Positions 40,701 to 50,003 of a stretch of 64,000 nucleotides of DNA are shown piece after piece. The notes below the pieces were generated by a model that did not search any database, was not told the DNA's origin, and saw only the letters and a program-made list of their open reading frames with translations. This DNA comes from Bdellovibrionota bacterium (GTDB taxonomy: Bacteria > Bdellovibrionota_C > UBA2361 > JBIKUX01): assembly GCA_044347345.1 (NCBI GenBank), contig JBIKUX010000015.1:1-64000 (forward strand), written 5' to 3'. Made by a program: the position numbers and the translations under genes. Each line of letters opens with the position of its first letter. Position 1 is the first letter of the stretch.

Positions 40701-40843
40701 TTGTATTTGGTAATTTAAACGATCCAAATAGTGGTGTGAGTAAAGCCCATGCTGCTTCGGGTGCGTATAAAGTGCTAGATCCTTTTATAAATACTCAGCC
40801 TGCTGTGGCTTATATAGAGCGAAAAAAATATCAGCTAACTTGA
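37715..40843 (+). CDS. actB: Alternative complex III ActB (molybdopterin-oxidoreductase-like domain + Fe-S domain)
   Basis: Tat motif SRRGFLK and lipobox-like AVAC; KVEGN..HP, ANRPWLQELPDP; C-terminal CTGCSACVVAC, CQHC...PCEPVCP, CVGTRYC and EKCTFC. Confidence 0.93.
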   Translation: MTITQKRNSLVILDNGLEEIQSKMSSDLSVCSDVAESVTEGASKEGETVSRRGFLKILGTASAATTAVACAPDKRHDIFPHVKGQNGSIPGEPVWYKSTCTECSAGCGTMVKSVDGRTIKVEGNKEHPINRGGLCALGQASLQHLYDPDRVRQPLKRTLDRRGKPQFIPISWDEVIGEVGQALKKTDKKHVSLLGTLSTSSVDLFSLLSEKVGVRPVYADISEPVALAEANLAVFGEYGVPKYKFENADFILNFGADFLETWISPCEFARGWSRAKRADPPLMYVHFEPRLSLTGANADLWRNITPGSELAIVRAIISRILEENPSAKSLLTVDIPDTSTDDASKISGVNKNDIERVVQLLLKAKSPLIIAGGVAAATADPLALLVAVQVLNRIVGGVGKTVFPNETREVFSSQTQFAELVNDLNDEKIGVMFTHGGNQAFTCAGEFQFGIAARKSELTVALSSHLDETTSLADFILPVHTGLESWGYHRSSVDSISTIQPSMAPVFDTRDVGDILLQLASATGKDLAPQKTMKDFVFAQFSPDLVVSSNSTQEADIFKSWVKILATGGIFGEAARKSKIGSNYRAKVDVPSAESLRARVSVATEQFSQLFVTEEKNELLLYPYPSIKTFDGRSANRPWLQELPDPITQLVWDTWAELHPLTAKELGVEQGDLINLRTTFGEVRVPLYITPYVTPNIVAVPTGQGHEAYGRFAQAVGNGNVFSLINKSVSGSSESAPLLNTKVKVFRGSGSHTLVSTTGSRSQEDRGLAKTKLIPPPGEKLHSHDHKGHDGGHHHHGPVKQMYHQREHPVYRWGMSIDLNACTGCSACVVACYAENNIPVVGKEMNAMGREMSWLRIERYIDSEPDEELQVSYLPMLCQHCNNAPCEPVCPVYATYHNEEGLNAMVYNRCVGTRYCSNNCSYKVRRFNWVDIEFPEPLSWQLNPYVTKRTGGVMEKCTFCVQRIHEAQDRAKDEGRFVMDGEIQPACVQSCPTEAIVFGNLNDPNSGVSKAHAASGAYKVLDPFINTQPAVAYIERKKYQLT

Positions 40844-40891
40844 AAATAAAAAATAAGGGCGCCGTGAATATATTCAATTAAGATAACTTTT

Positions 40892-42316
40892 TTGAAATAT
40901 TCTAATGATAAAAAAAACGATAAGGTCAACCAAGCAAGTGATATGGGGAATGCAAATTTGAATAGAGAATCGGTACCATCAACTGATGAAGTACCGCTTA
41001 CCTATGCTGAGGTAAATAACTCAGTATTAAATATGCTTAAGCCACCAACTTGGAGGTGGTATCTACTGTTAGCGGTGAATCTAATTCTTGTAGCAGTTGG
41101 AGCTTTTTCATGGACTAGGCAGATTTTACGAGGAATAGGAGAGTCTGGAAAATCACATCCTAGTATGTGGGGTGTTTACATTACTACTTTCGTGTTTTGG
41201 GTAGGTATAGCTCATTCTGGAACATTGATCTCAGCCGTACTGTACCTTTTTCGAGCTAAGTTTCGGATGCCAATTTATCGTCTTGCTGAAGCAATGACTG
41301 TATTTGCAGTACTAACAGCTGGTTTGTTCCCTTTAATTCATCTAGGACGAGTTTGGTATTTTTACTGGCTTATGCCTTACCCAAACCAGCGTGCAATATG
41401 GCCAAATTTTAAGTCTCCTCTCTTGTGGGATGTTTTTGCAGTATCAACATACTTAACCATTTCGACTACCTTTTTTATAGTGGGTCTGATACCCGATATA
41501 GCTGTAGCAAGAGATGCTGCCAAAACTCGTTTTAGAAAACTTTTGTACGGAGTTGCATCTCTTGGATGGAGCGGTAACCATGTACAATGGAAACATTACA
41601 CATCCGCTTATTTATTTTTCGCAGCTTTAGCTACTCCCTTGGTTGTTTCTGTTCATAGTGTGGTATCTTGGGATTTCGCGATGAGTATAGTTCCCGGATG
41701 GCATGCTACTATATTCCCGCCGTACTTTGTTGCAGGAGCGATCTTTTCGGGAGTTGCGATGGTGATAACTCTCATTATCCCGATAAGAAAGATTTTTGGG
41801 CTGGAGCGCATAGTTGAACCGATACATTTTGACGCGATGAGTAAGCTCATATTGCTGACAAGTACGGTACTTTTTTACGCATACGCAACGGAGTTTTTTA
41901 TCGCTTGGTTTAGTAACAACCCGTTCGAGAGAGCGCAATTCTGGTATCGTCCTTTCGGAGACCAAGCAGTAGCCTTTTGGGGTATGGTGTTTTGTAACTG
42001 TATAGCTCCGTTAGCTTTGTGGTGGAAGCCTCTCAGAACCAATTTGGTTTTCTTGTTTATACTGTCAATAATCATCAATATAGGGATGTGGCTTGAAAGA
42101 TTTAATATTATCGTTCAATCCCTCGTGCACGAATACATTCCATATTCATGGGGTTTCTATAATTTCTCATGGGTGGATGTTGGTATCATTATCGGCTCTT
42201 TTGGTTGGTTTGGTATGTGGATGACTATCTTTGTTAAGTTTTTTCCAGCTGTTTCTATTACCGAGATTAAAGAGATATTAAATCCTCCCACTCGAGTAGT
42301 TAAAGAGCACCATTAA
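40892..42316 (+). CDS. actC: Alternative complex III ActC (NrfD/PsrC family, quinol site)
   Basis: FVFWVGIAHSGTLISA, AEAMT, HLGR, SPLLWD, SVHSVVSWDFA, GWH.TIFPPYFVAGAIFSG and GMWLERF. Confidence 0.95.
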   Translation: MKYSNDKKNDKVNQASDMGNANLNRESVPSTDEVPLTYAEVNNSVLNMLKPPTWRWYLLLAVNLILVAVGAFSWTRQILRGIGESGKSHPSMWGVYITTFVFWVGIAHSGTLISAVLYLFRAKFRMPIYRLAEAMTVFAVLTAGLFPLIHLGRVWYFYWLMPYPNQRAIWPNFKSPLLWDVFAVSTYLTISTTFFIVGLIPDIAVARDAAKTRFRKLLYGVASLGWSGNHVQWKHYTSAYLFFAALATPLVVSVHSVVSWDFAMSIVPGWHATIFPPYFVAGAIFSGVAMVITLIIPIRKIFGLERIVEPIHFDAMSKLILLTSTVLFYAYATEFFIAWFSNNPFERAQFWYRPFGDQAVAFWGMVFCNCIAPLALWWKPLRTNLVFLFILSIIINIGMWLERFNIIVQSLVHEYIPYSWGFYNFSWVDVGIIIGSFGWFGMWMTIFVKFFPAVSITEIKEILNPPTRVVKEHH

Positions 42317-42340
42317 AGGGGTAGGAGAGTTAGGAGGCTA

Positions 42341-42895
42341 ATGGTACCGAACAGCAGAATAAATAATATATCACCTAGCACATCTGGTAGAGCTAAGGCC
42401 GTGGTCGGAGTGTTTACTTATATTGATGATACGCTCGAGGCAGTAGCTAGGGCTAAGGACGAAGGCTTTGACTACCGTGTTTACTCTCCAGTTCCGAGGC
42501 ATGAGATAGAAGAAGTTACATATCCTAACAAAAGTCCAGTGAGGTTCATTACGTTTTTAGGGGCATTAACTGGTATTACATTCGGATTTTCGTTGGCTAT
42601 CCTTACCTCGCTTGATTATCCACTGAGGGTAAGTGCAAAAGAAATAGCTGCTGTTCCATCATTTATAGTAGTCGGGTTTGAGTGCACGATACTTTTTGGA
42701 GGTGTATTCACCTTTTTAGCATTACTGTTTTTTTGTCGGTTGCCAGATGTCTTACGTAAGGTGGGTTTCGATCCTCGTTTTACTCAGGATAAGTTTGGTG
42801 TTGTGATTGGTTGTAATACTGAACAAGTGGATGACATAGTTACAGGTTTGAAACAGATTGGTGCCGATGAAGTACAAGTACGCGACGGGATTTAA
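42341..42895 (+). CDS. actD: Alternative complex III ActD (DUF3341)
   Basis: YSPVP, two TM helices, FECTILFG and DPRFTQDKF. Confidence 0.88.
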   Translation: MVPNSRINNISPSTSGRAKAVVGVFTYIDDTLEAVARAKDEGFDYRVYSPVPRHEIEEVTYPNKSPVRFITFLGALTGITFGFSLAILTSLDYPLRVSAKEIAAVPSFIVVGFECTILFGGVFTFLALLFFCRLPDVLRKVGFDPRFTQDKFGVVIGCNTEQVDDIVTGLKQIGADEVQVRDGI

Positions 42896-43448
42896 TGGTA
42901 TGAACGGAGCATCGTTACAAAAGGGTTTGTCCACCTTCGCTAAATTGCTTTGGTGTTGTGTGTTGACGATAACATGTGAGTTGGCTGAAGCATTGCCTTT
43001 TAACCAAGACATGGTTAACACACAGTATTCTAACGGAACAATAATGCGACCAGCACCTGAAGGAGCTGTAAGTGTAGCTGAGGCTAATCGATGGGTTGGT
43101 AAAAAGCGTGAGGATGCCTTAGCGCTGACTAATACGGTTCCACCTTCAGTAGAGTCTGTTTCTAAGGGAAAGCGTCTTTATCACATCAACTGCTCTCCCT
43201 GTCACGGTAGAATGTTAGAAGGTGAGTATGTGCCCGGAGCTGTATCGCAGCAGGTTCCTGGTCCTAATTTATTTATGGCATTTTATAAAGACCGGCCTGA
43301 CAATCATTTCTTTCAGTTCATTTACTTTGGAGGTATGGCTATAATGCCGGCCTACGGATGGAAATTTTCTATAGAAGAGCACTGGGATATCGTAAATTAC
43401 ATTCGGTCGGTGCAATCCGTTTCCACTAATCCCGATAAAGCACAGTAA
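42858..43448 (+). CDS. actE: Alternative complex III monoheme cytochrome c ActE
   Basis: DM...MR.APEGAV, a single CSPCH, MPAY and W.IVNYIR. Start probably about 42900. Confidence 0.88.
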   Translation: MVPMKYKYATGFNGMNGASLQKGLSTFAKLLWCCVLTITCELAEALPFNQDMVNTQYSNGTIMRPAPEGAVSVAEANRWVGKKREDALALTNTVPPSVESVSKGKRLYHINCSPCHGRMLEGEYVPGAVSQQVPGPNLFMAFYKDRPDNHFFQFIYFGGMAIMPAYGWKFSIEEHWDIVNYIRSVQSVSTNPDKAQ

Positions 43449-43525
43449 TATTTAAGAAATATTAAAGTTCAGTCATATTAGAGTTACAGAGATTTTATAG
43501 ACACAGATTACAGGAGAGATATTTT

Positions 43526-44764
43526 ATGCACGCTCACGTTCCTCCTATCGATATCGTTGAGGAAGCTAAACTTCCTCCTCTTTCCTTTAATTCAGGTGTG
43601 GTCGTGGCCTTTAAAGTTGCCACTGGGATTGGTATCGCAACTTTTTTTCTTGGACTGCTTTTGACTTCAGCAGCACGCGTGTGGGCTAGCTATTTTGTAT
43701 CTTTAGTATTTTTTATGGGTTTAGCGGCTGGTGGAGTGATACTTTCAGCAATATTCCAGATTGTTCGGGCGACTTGGTCAGCTTCGCTTCGTAGGATAGC
43801 TGAGGCGAATATTGCATTCCTTCCCATAGCGTTAGTTGGTCTTTTACTTACTTGGTTTGGTAGGCTTGAGCTTTTTCCATGGGCTCGATCTCCAAAGCCT
43901 GGTTCTGAATGGTGGATGCAGCCAGGCTTTGTTTATGTACGAAATGGTATTTTTCTTGCGTTTACTTTTTATTTGATGTGGCGATTTGTTTCTATGTCTC
44001 TTCGGGGAGATCGCAAGATAGTTAACGAGATAAATTCTTCGAATAATCCTAAATTCTCTTCATCGGAGATTGTTGATTTGCAACGCTCTATGTCTCGTTT
44101 TGCACCACTCTTAATCATTGTGTATGGCCTTGCTTATTCATTCTTTGCTTTTGAGATGGTCATGGCTATGGATACAGCTTGGATCTCTAATTTATTCGGT
44201 GCCTACTATTTTGTTGGTAATGTCTATATAGGTTGGGCGGCGCTTGCAATATTAGCAGTATATTTTTCAGCGCAGGATAGCAGGTTTGGCTCTTTAATAG
44301 ATGAGCAGGTACGTTGGGATCTTGGAAAACTGACTTTCGGTTTCTGTATGGTGTGGGGTTACTTTTCCCTTAGTCAATTTCTCCCTCAGTGGTACGGCAA
44401 TTTACCCGAGGAGACCCAATGGCTAATATTGAGGGCTAGGGAGTACCCTTGGAAGTACTTTTTGTATTTTATGTTTGGATGTGCCTGGGTGTTTCCTTTT
44501 ATCACTTTGCTAAGTCGAGAAGTTAAGCGAAGATCTTGTTTTTTAGCAGCAGTATGTTCAGTGATTTTAATCGGAGTATGGAGTGAAAAGTTCTTTGTCA
44601 TCATGCCCCATGTAAGCCCTAATAGGATTCCGTTTGGCTTGCTTGATATTGGACTGTTCTTAGGATTTTTTGGTTTGTACGGCTTATCAATTCGGTTTTT
44701 TCTCTCTCGTACACCTAGGCTTGCTATTGGTCATCCTTTGAGTCGAGGTGAATACGGCTGGTAA
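43526..44764 (+). CDS. actF: Alternative complex III ActF (NrfD paralogue)
   Basis: About 10 TM helices; W...LRRIAE, LFPW, DLGKL.FGF...WGY...SQF..QWYGNLPEET. Confidence 0.9.
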   Translation: MHAHVPPIDIVEEAKLPPLSFNSGVVVAFKVATGIGIATFFLGLLLTSAARVWASYFVSLVFFMGLAAGGVILSAIFQIVRATWSASLRRIAEANIAFLPIALVGLLLTWFGRLELFPWARSPKPGSEWWMQPGFVYVRNGIFLAFTFYLMWRFVSMSLRGDRKIVNEINSSNNPKFSSSEIVDLQRSMSRFAPLLIIVYGLAYSFFAFEMVMAMDTAWISNLFGAYYFVGNVYIGWAALAILAVYFSAQDSRFGSLIDEQVRWDLGKLTFGFCMVWGYFSLSQFLPQWYGNLPEETQWLILRAREYPWKYFLYFMFGCAWVFPFITLLSREVKRRSCFLAAVCSVILIGVWSEKFFVIMPHVSPNRIPFGLLDIGLFLGFFGLYGLSIRFFLSRTPRLAIGHPLSRGEYGW

Positions 44765-44801
44765 AAAAGGTTAGCTGATTTAAGAATTATCTTGATTGAA
44801 T

Positions 44802-45947
44802 TTAGTTAGTTACCAATCTTGGAAGAGTTGGGGATATTTTTGCTAGGACTTCGTAGCTAATACTATTAATTGTTTTAGCGATAGCTGACGCTGTTATTGT
44901 TTCTTTGCCTTGAGTTCCAATAAGGACGACTGGGTCGCCGCTTTTTACATCAGGTATTTCCGAGATATCTACAGTTATCATATTCATTGAGACTCTTCCA
45001 AGGATAGGACACTTATAGCCACTGATTAATACACATCCTTGGTTGCTCATGCGCCTGTCTAGTCCATCTGAATAACCTTGTGGAACTAGAGCAACTGTTG
45101 TAGGGCGACGGGTCCAGTAGGTGCAGTTATAGCCAATTGGGTATTTACTAGGTAGCTCTTTGACTTGAGCAATGGTGCTAATCCAACTAAGTACAGGTGT
45201 TAAAGAATCGTCAAATTGGCCAGTTTTCATTGGTGAAATGCCGTATAACCCGAGTCCAATTCGTACGGCTTTTATGTTTATATTGCTGAATAAACCATGA
45301 TCTCGAATTAAGTAATGATTTCGAATCACACCAGCGGTATTGTGAAGGTAGGTTGGTAAATTTTCTTTAATCTGAACTGAAGCTTGAAGAAATAGTTGTT
45401 CCTGAATTAAAGATTCTTCGGATAAGTTATCGTCTGCACTACTATAGTGAGCGTACATACTTTCTAGTTTCAGTGCTGGCAGATTTTTTATTATTGAAAT
45501 TGTTTCAGCAAGTTTATTGATAAGAGTGCCCTCGCGCCCAAATCTTAGATCAAGGGCTAAGGTTACCGAGAGAGTCTTGTTGCCATTACAAATTTTTTGC
45601 CAATTATGAGCAATAGACTGAGCATGATTGATATCTAACACAGTAACTACAGTATCACCTTTCAGGAGGTATATTAATTCAAGTTCATCAGGACTAACGT
45701 ATCCTAAGATGTAAATTTTTTTTGCAGTTTTGTTTCGAACCAATTCAAGTTCTTGAATGTCATCTATCTGAAAAGCGTCGACATGCTTATCAAGCGACTC
45801 TACTACTGGAATTACTCCGTGCCCATATGCATTAGCTTTTATGACACCAATAACTTTAGCCTCAGAAGGAATCAGAGATTTAATAAAAGCTAAATTCCTT
45901 CTAAGGTTATTAGCAGAGAGCTTAATATATGAGTGAAACTTACTGAT
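44802..45947 (-). CDS. alr: Alanine racemase (N-terminus extends 68 codons beyond the listed ORF; non-canonical start or frameshift)
   Basis: The in-frame upstream sequence encodes SYIKLSANNLRRN...VIKANAYGHG (PLP lysine). Downstream: VRIGLGLYG, IGYNC, GYSDG, GRVSMN and ISYEVL. Confidence 0.88.
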   Translation of the reverse strand: MSKFHSYIKLSANNLRRNLAFIKSLIPSEAKVIGVIKANAYGHGVIPVVESLDKHVDAFQIDDIQELELVRNKTAKKIYILGYVSPDELELIYLLKGDTVVTVLDINHAQSIAHNWQKICNGNKTLSVTLALDLRFGREGTLINKLAETISIIKNLPALKLESMYAHYSSADDNLSEESLIQEQLFLQASVQIKENLPTYLHNTAGVIRNHYLIRDHGLFSNINIKAVRIGLGLYGISPMKTGQFDDSLTPVLSWISTIAQVKELPSKYPIGYNCTYWTRRPTTVALVPQGYSDGLDRRMSNQGCVLISGYKCPILGRVSMNMITVDISEIPDVKSGDPVVLIGTQGKETITASAIAKTINSISYEVLAKISPTLPRLVTN

Positions 45948-45962
45948 AGAATAATCCTTTCA

Positions 45963-46655
45963 TTACTGGCCTAAAAGTTCTTTAAGTAAATCGTCTTCGA
46001 CCGTTCCAGTTTTACTGTTTGATTGAATACTTTTATCACTTTGAGTGTTGGTACTCGTGGTTGATGGTGATTTTTCTTGCAACATCGGCGCCGGGTTGGT
46101 TGGTATTGATTCCGGCATGGCTGTTGGTTGGACAGTTGGTGGAGCTGAGGAGTTTAACTCAGTTTTTGAGGTTGGAGTCGGGAAGGATTTTAATGATGGA
46201 GAACTTTTAGTTGATGGGAATTTTTTTTGTGGTCTTCTCCATTTTTTTGGCGCAATTTTTGTCGTTTTTGGCTTCATAGCCTGAACATACTGCTCAGGGA
46301 TTGGCTCCTTTTGAGTTATTTTTGTATAAGGAAGAAGTACAGGTGTTCCCACTACTAAAGTTTTTTTTGCATCACTTATGTGTGGATTAGCTGCTAAGAT
46401 AAAAACTGTTTGATCGCTGGCTCCCAGATACCAGGAAGCTATGATTGAAGCACTTTCTCCAGCATGTTTAACTTGATGTATGAAGTACTGAGCTCCATCT
46501 ATGGTTGTTACGCGATTGGGTATTGGCGGAGGTGGAGCTGCACAACTTACCAAACTAAAGAGTATTACTAGCTTAATACATCTAGTGAATAGGACGACAA
46601 TTTTTTGATTAGTGGAAATATTTTTTTTATTCTGGGAGTAGGAGTTGTATGTCAT
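45963..46655 (-). CDS. LysM-like domain lipoprotein with Pro/Thr-rich tail
   Basis: Lipobox LVSC; HQVKHAGES.SIIASWY.G......I.AANP.......L.VG..V..P. Confidence 0.7.
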   Translation of the reverse strand: MTYNSYSQNKKNISTNQKIVVLFTRCIKLVILFSLVSCAAPPPPIPNRVTTIDGAQYFIHQVKHAGESASIIASWYLGASDQTVFILAANPHISDAKKTLVVGTPVLLPYTKITQKEPIPEQYVQAMKPKTTKIAPKKWRRPQKKFPSTKSSPSLKSFPTPTSKTELNSSAPPTVQPTAMPESIPTNPAPMLQEKSPSTTSTNTQSDKSIQSNSKTGTVEDDLLKELLGQ

Positions 46656-46768
46656 ATAGTCTTATCGAAAGATATAAACTTTGTGACTAATGTACTCTAA
46701 AGAAAATAAAATTGCCTATACCTAGCTTCTTAAATCCGTAAGATTAAAATAAGTGTCTCGTTTATAAA

Positions 46769-48298
46769 TTGAAAATAGGAGCTCTGATGGAACAATCGGT
46801 CATCTTTTTTGATACAACTCTCAGAGATGGAGAACAGTCGGCCGGAGTTTCGTTTTCTTTAGAACAGAAAATGGAGATAGCCTTGCAACTGGCGAGTCTT
46901 GGAGTAGATGTTATCGAAGCCGGATTTCCGTGTTCATCTCCGCAGGATTTTGAATGCGTTGCAACTATCGCTAAGGAAATAAAAGGTCCTACAATCTGTG
47001 GTTTGGCTCGAGCCATTACTAGCGATATTGAGATAGCCGCTAAGGCTCTTGAGGGAGCTACTAAGCCATGCATTCATACCTTTATTAATACCAGTGACAT
47101 TCAAATAGAACATCAGCTTCGCATGACTCGACAGCAAGTACTTGATAGAGCTTGTGAGATGGTGAAGAGAGCGTTAACTTTTGTAGATGACGTTGAATTT
47201 AGTCCCATGGACGCAACAAGGAGCGACCTTAATTTCTTAGTGCAAATTGTACGTGAGGTAATAGCAGTCGGAGCGACCAGAATAAATATTCCCGATTCGG
47301 TAGGGTATGCGTTACCATCTGACATCGCATCGATATTTTCTAAGCTTAAAGCTAACATTGATGGTATCGATAACGTCATTTTAAGCTTTCATGGTCATAA
47401 TGATTTTGGTCTTGCGACTGCTAATGCATTAGCGGCAATTCAAAACGGGGCGCGTCAAATTGAGGGCACCATTAACGGTATTGGAGAGAGAGCCGGGAAT
47501 ACTGCTCTCGAAGAAGTCATAATGGCGATTCATACTCGTCAAGATAAATTTAAATTTAACACTAAAATAAAAACAGAAGAAATATTTAAGACTAGTACTT
47601 TAGTTTCACGTCTTTCTGGGTTAGCTGTTCAGCAGAATAAGGCGATTGTTGGAAAAAATGCCTTTAGGCACAGTTCTGGTATTCATCAAGATGGCATTAT
47701 AAAGTTAAGGGAAAGTTGGGAAATTATGGATCCGAGTAATATAGGAATACCCTCAGGTACTCAATTAATACTCGGCAAACTTTCAGGGCGAAATGGATTA
47801 CGCCAACATCTAGAGAGATTAGGATACCAGCTCTCTGAAGACGACCTTACGCGTGTTCTCACGGCGTTTAAAGATCTAACCGCAAGAAAGAAGGAAATAG
47901 ATGACAGGGATTTAGAGTCTCTTGTGTCTTCCAATGCTGGTGGTATCACAAGGTCGGGATGGGAAATTTTGTCCTGTCAGGTTTTTGCTGGAATAAATAT
48001 CATTCCATCTGCAATTGTTAAGTTAAAATCTCCTGATGGAGTCGAGATTGTCGAGTCTGCTACGGGCGCAGGTCCCATTGATGCTGTTTGCGAAGTAATT
48101 AATAAAATAGTTGGTCATACTCCAAATCTTGAGCTTTTTGATGTCCACGGGGTGACAGAAGGTATAGATGCTCAGGCTCATGTTGTAATCAACCTGCGGC
48201 TCAACGATAAAGAGAGTTTAGGTAAAGGAAGTCATACGGATGTGGTAGTGGCTAGTGCTCAAGCCTATCTAAGTGCTCTTAATCGCCTCATTTCTTAA
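46769..48298 (+). CDS. leuA: 2-isopropylmalate synthase
   Basis: DTTLRDGEQ, EFSPMDA.R, HGHND.G, GIGERAGN, H.SGIHQDG and a C-terminal regulatory domain (GPIDA). Probable ATG at 46787. Confidence 0.95.
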   Translation: MKIGALMEQSVIFFDTTLRDGEQSAGVSFSLEQKMEIALQLASLGVDVIEAGFPCSSPQDFECVATIAKEIKGPTICGLARAITSDIEIAAKALEGATKPCIHTFINTSDIQIEHQLRMTRQQVLDRACEMVKRALTFVDDVEFSPMDATRSDLNFLVQIVREVIAVGATRINIPDSVGYALPSDIASIFSKLKANIDGIDNVILSFHGHNDFGLATANALAAIQNGARQIEGTINGIGERAGNTALEEVIMAIHTRQDKFKFNTKIKTEEIFKTSTLVSRLSGLAVQQNKAIVGKNAFRHSSGIHQDGIIKLRESWEIMDPSNIGIPSGTQLILGKLSGRNGLRQHLERLGYQLSEDDLTRVLTAFKDLTARKKEIDDRDLESLVSSNAGGITRSGWEILSCQVFAGINIIPSAIVKLKSPDGVEIVESATGAGPIDAVCEVINKIVGHTPNLELFDVHGVTEGIDAQAHVVINLRLNDKESLGKGSHTDVVVASAQAYLSALNRLIS

Positions 48299-48322
48299 AG
48301 ATTTCTTTGAGCAAAATTAGGA

Positions 48323-48360
48323 GTAGCGTAGGTGTTTATTCCATTAATCACCTATGCTAC
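48323..48360 (+). terminator. Intrinsic terminator-like hairpin after leuA
   Basis: GTAGCGTAGGTG...CACCTATGCTAC stem with one G-U pair, followed by CTTT. Confidence 0.6.
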
Positions 48361-48455
48361 CTTTAGTTGTTAAGATAAAAGCTGTGTTCAAAAAGCAAAA
48401 AAATAAAGCAAATAAGGGGAAAGAGTAAAAAATTCTACCCTAAAAGGATTGTGCT

Positions 48456-48659
48456 ATGGCGGTGCCAAAAAAACGAACTTCTAAATCTAAGCGTGATATG
48501 CGTAGGTCTCATCATGCTCTTGAGCAACGATTTACAGTGTTATGCTCAAATTGCGGTGCTCCAAAAAAGCGACATAGAGTCTGCCCTAGCTGTGGTTTTT
48601 ACCGAGGTAGATTAGTAAAAACTGTTGAAAGTAAAGAAGCTCAGGCTACTTCAGCTTAA
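48456..48659 (+). CDS. rpmF: 50S ribosomal protein L32 (Zn-ribbon form)
   Basis: [19 protein letters not shown] and CxxC...HRVCxxCG.YRG. Confidence 0.97.
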   Translation: MAVPKKRTSKSKRDMRRSHHALEQRFTVLCSNCGAPKKRHRVCPSCGFYRGRLVKTVESKEAQATSA

Positions 48660-48815
48660 AGAGTTCAGCTTAAAGAAGTAATTATAAAAATCAGGTGCTG
48701 AAAAAGTTTAAAAAACAGCACTAAAAACTAGCGTACTACGTTAGGTTTGTATCATTTTTAAATGTATCGGTTATTTACCAGGTCCTTTTATTGAAAAAAG
48801 GTTCGCTATAATCTT

Positions 48816-50003
48816 ATGAAGCCGATCAGAAATTTTGATAATAAAGCTCCAATCGCCATCGATGCCATGGGAGGTGATCGTGGTCCTGGTGAAGTAATAG
48901 CTGGTATTAAGCAAGCTATAGAGACTGGGGCTCCTCCAATAGTGGTGGTAGGCGACGAAAAAGTTATTAGACACGAGTTTTATCGTCATAGATTGATAGA
49001 GAGTGTAAGTCTCCAGGTAGTCCATGCCCCAGATGTGATTGGGATGGAAGAAAGCCCATCAGTTGTAGTTCGTAAAAAGCCTTTAGCTTCCGTGCGGGTT
49101 GCTTTTGAGCTTGTTGCACGAGGAGAGGCCTCAAGTGTGATAAGCGCCGGCAATACTGGCGCAATGATGGCTGCTGGTTTGTTTGCTGTGGGTTCTCTTA
49201 CTGGTATTTTAAGACCAGCCATCGGTACTTTGATTCCTAAGGTGGGGGACGGATTACCAACAGTTTTGATTGATAGCGGTGCCAATATTGACTGCTCAGC
49301 TCACCAATTGGTGCAGTTTGGTTACATGGGTAGTTTTTACGCTCGGTCGGCGCTTGGAATTGAGTCTCCAAGAGTTGGTCTTTTATCAAATGGAAGTGAG
49401 TCATCGAAAGGAACGGACACGCTTCGCTCTGCCGCTGTTTTGCTCAAGCAGTGTAAAGACATTAATTTTATTGGTTATGTTGAAGGGCGTGATATTTCTC
49501 ATGATGTAGTTGATGTAGTTGTGTGCGATGGATTTGTCGGAAATGTTGTCTTGAAGGCAATGGAGGGTACTGTTGAGCTTGTAGTTGAATCAATGCGCAG
49601 TTACATATCCAAGTCTATTTTAGCTAAGCTAGGGTTTATGTTAGCTCGTCGACAGATGCGTCGGGTGTTTCAAGATAAGCTTCATCCTTCGGCTTACGGC
49701 GGAGCTCCATTACTTGGTCTTAATTGTATTGCAATTGTTTGTCATGGTGCTTCTGATGCACGAGCCATTAAAAATGCTATTCGCGTTGCTCAACAGTTTG
49801 GTGAAAAAAATCTGATTGAAGCTCTTGATGTTTCTCTTGCCGCTCTTGAATCTACTGAGTCTGTTGATTTTGAAGATGGAGGGATGTGGAGCGGAGCCAG
49901 ACAAAGCATAGCTTCAAAGCCAAAATCTAATAAAGTCTCGAAGACAACTGAAGAACAAGACAGCAATAAAAAAAAAGGAATTGAGAATGGAGCGTTATCT
50001 TGA
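48816..50003 (+). CDS. plsX: Phosphate acyltransferase PlsX
   Basis: IAIDAMGGD, SAGNTGA, RPAI, D.GAN, VCDGFVGNV.LK, YGGAPLLG and HGAS. Confidence 0.96.
   Translation: MKPIRNFDNKAPIAIDAMGGDRGPGEVIAGIKQAIETGAPPIVVVGDEKVIRHEFYRHRLIESVSLQVVHAPDVIGMEESPSVVVRKKPLASVRVAFELVARGEASSVISAGNTGAMMAAGLFAVGSLTGILRPAIGTLIPKVGDGLPTVLIDSGANIDCSAHQLVQFGYMGSFYARSALGIESPRVGLLSNGSESSKGTDTLRSAAVLLKQCKDINFIGYVEGRDISHDVVDVVVCDGFVGNVVLKAMEGTVELVVESMRSYISKSILAKLGFMLARRQMRRVFQDKLHPSAYGGAPLLGLNCIAIVCHGASDARAIKNAIRVAQQFGEKNLIEALDVSLAALESTESVDFEDGGMWSGARQSIASKPKSNKVSKTTEEQDSNKKKGIENGALS

Noticed and set aside
46656..46786. Leucine attenuator upstream of leuA
   Set aside because: No Leu-rich leader peptide or terminator/antiterminator pair seen.
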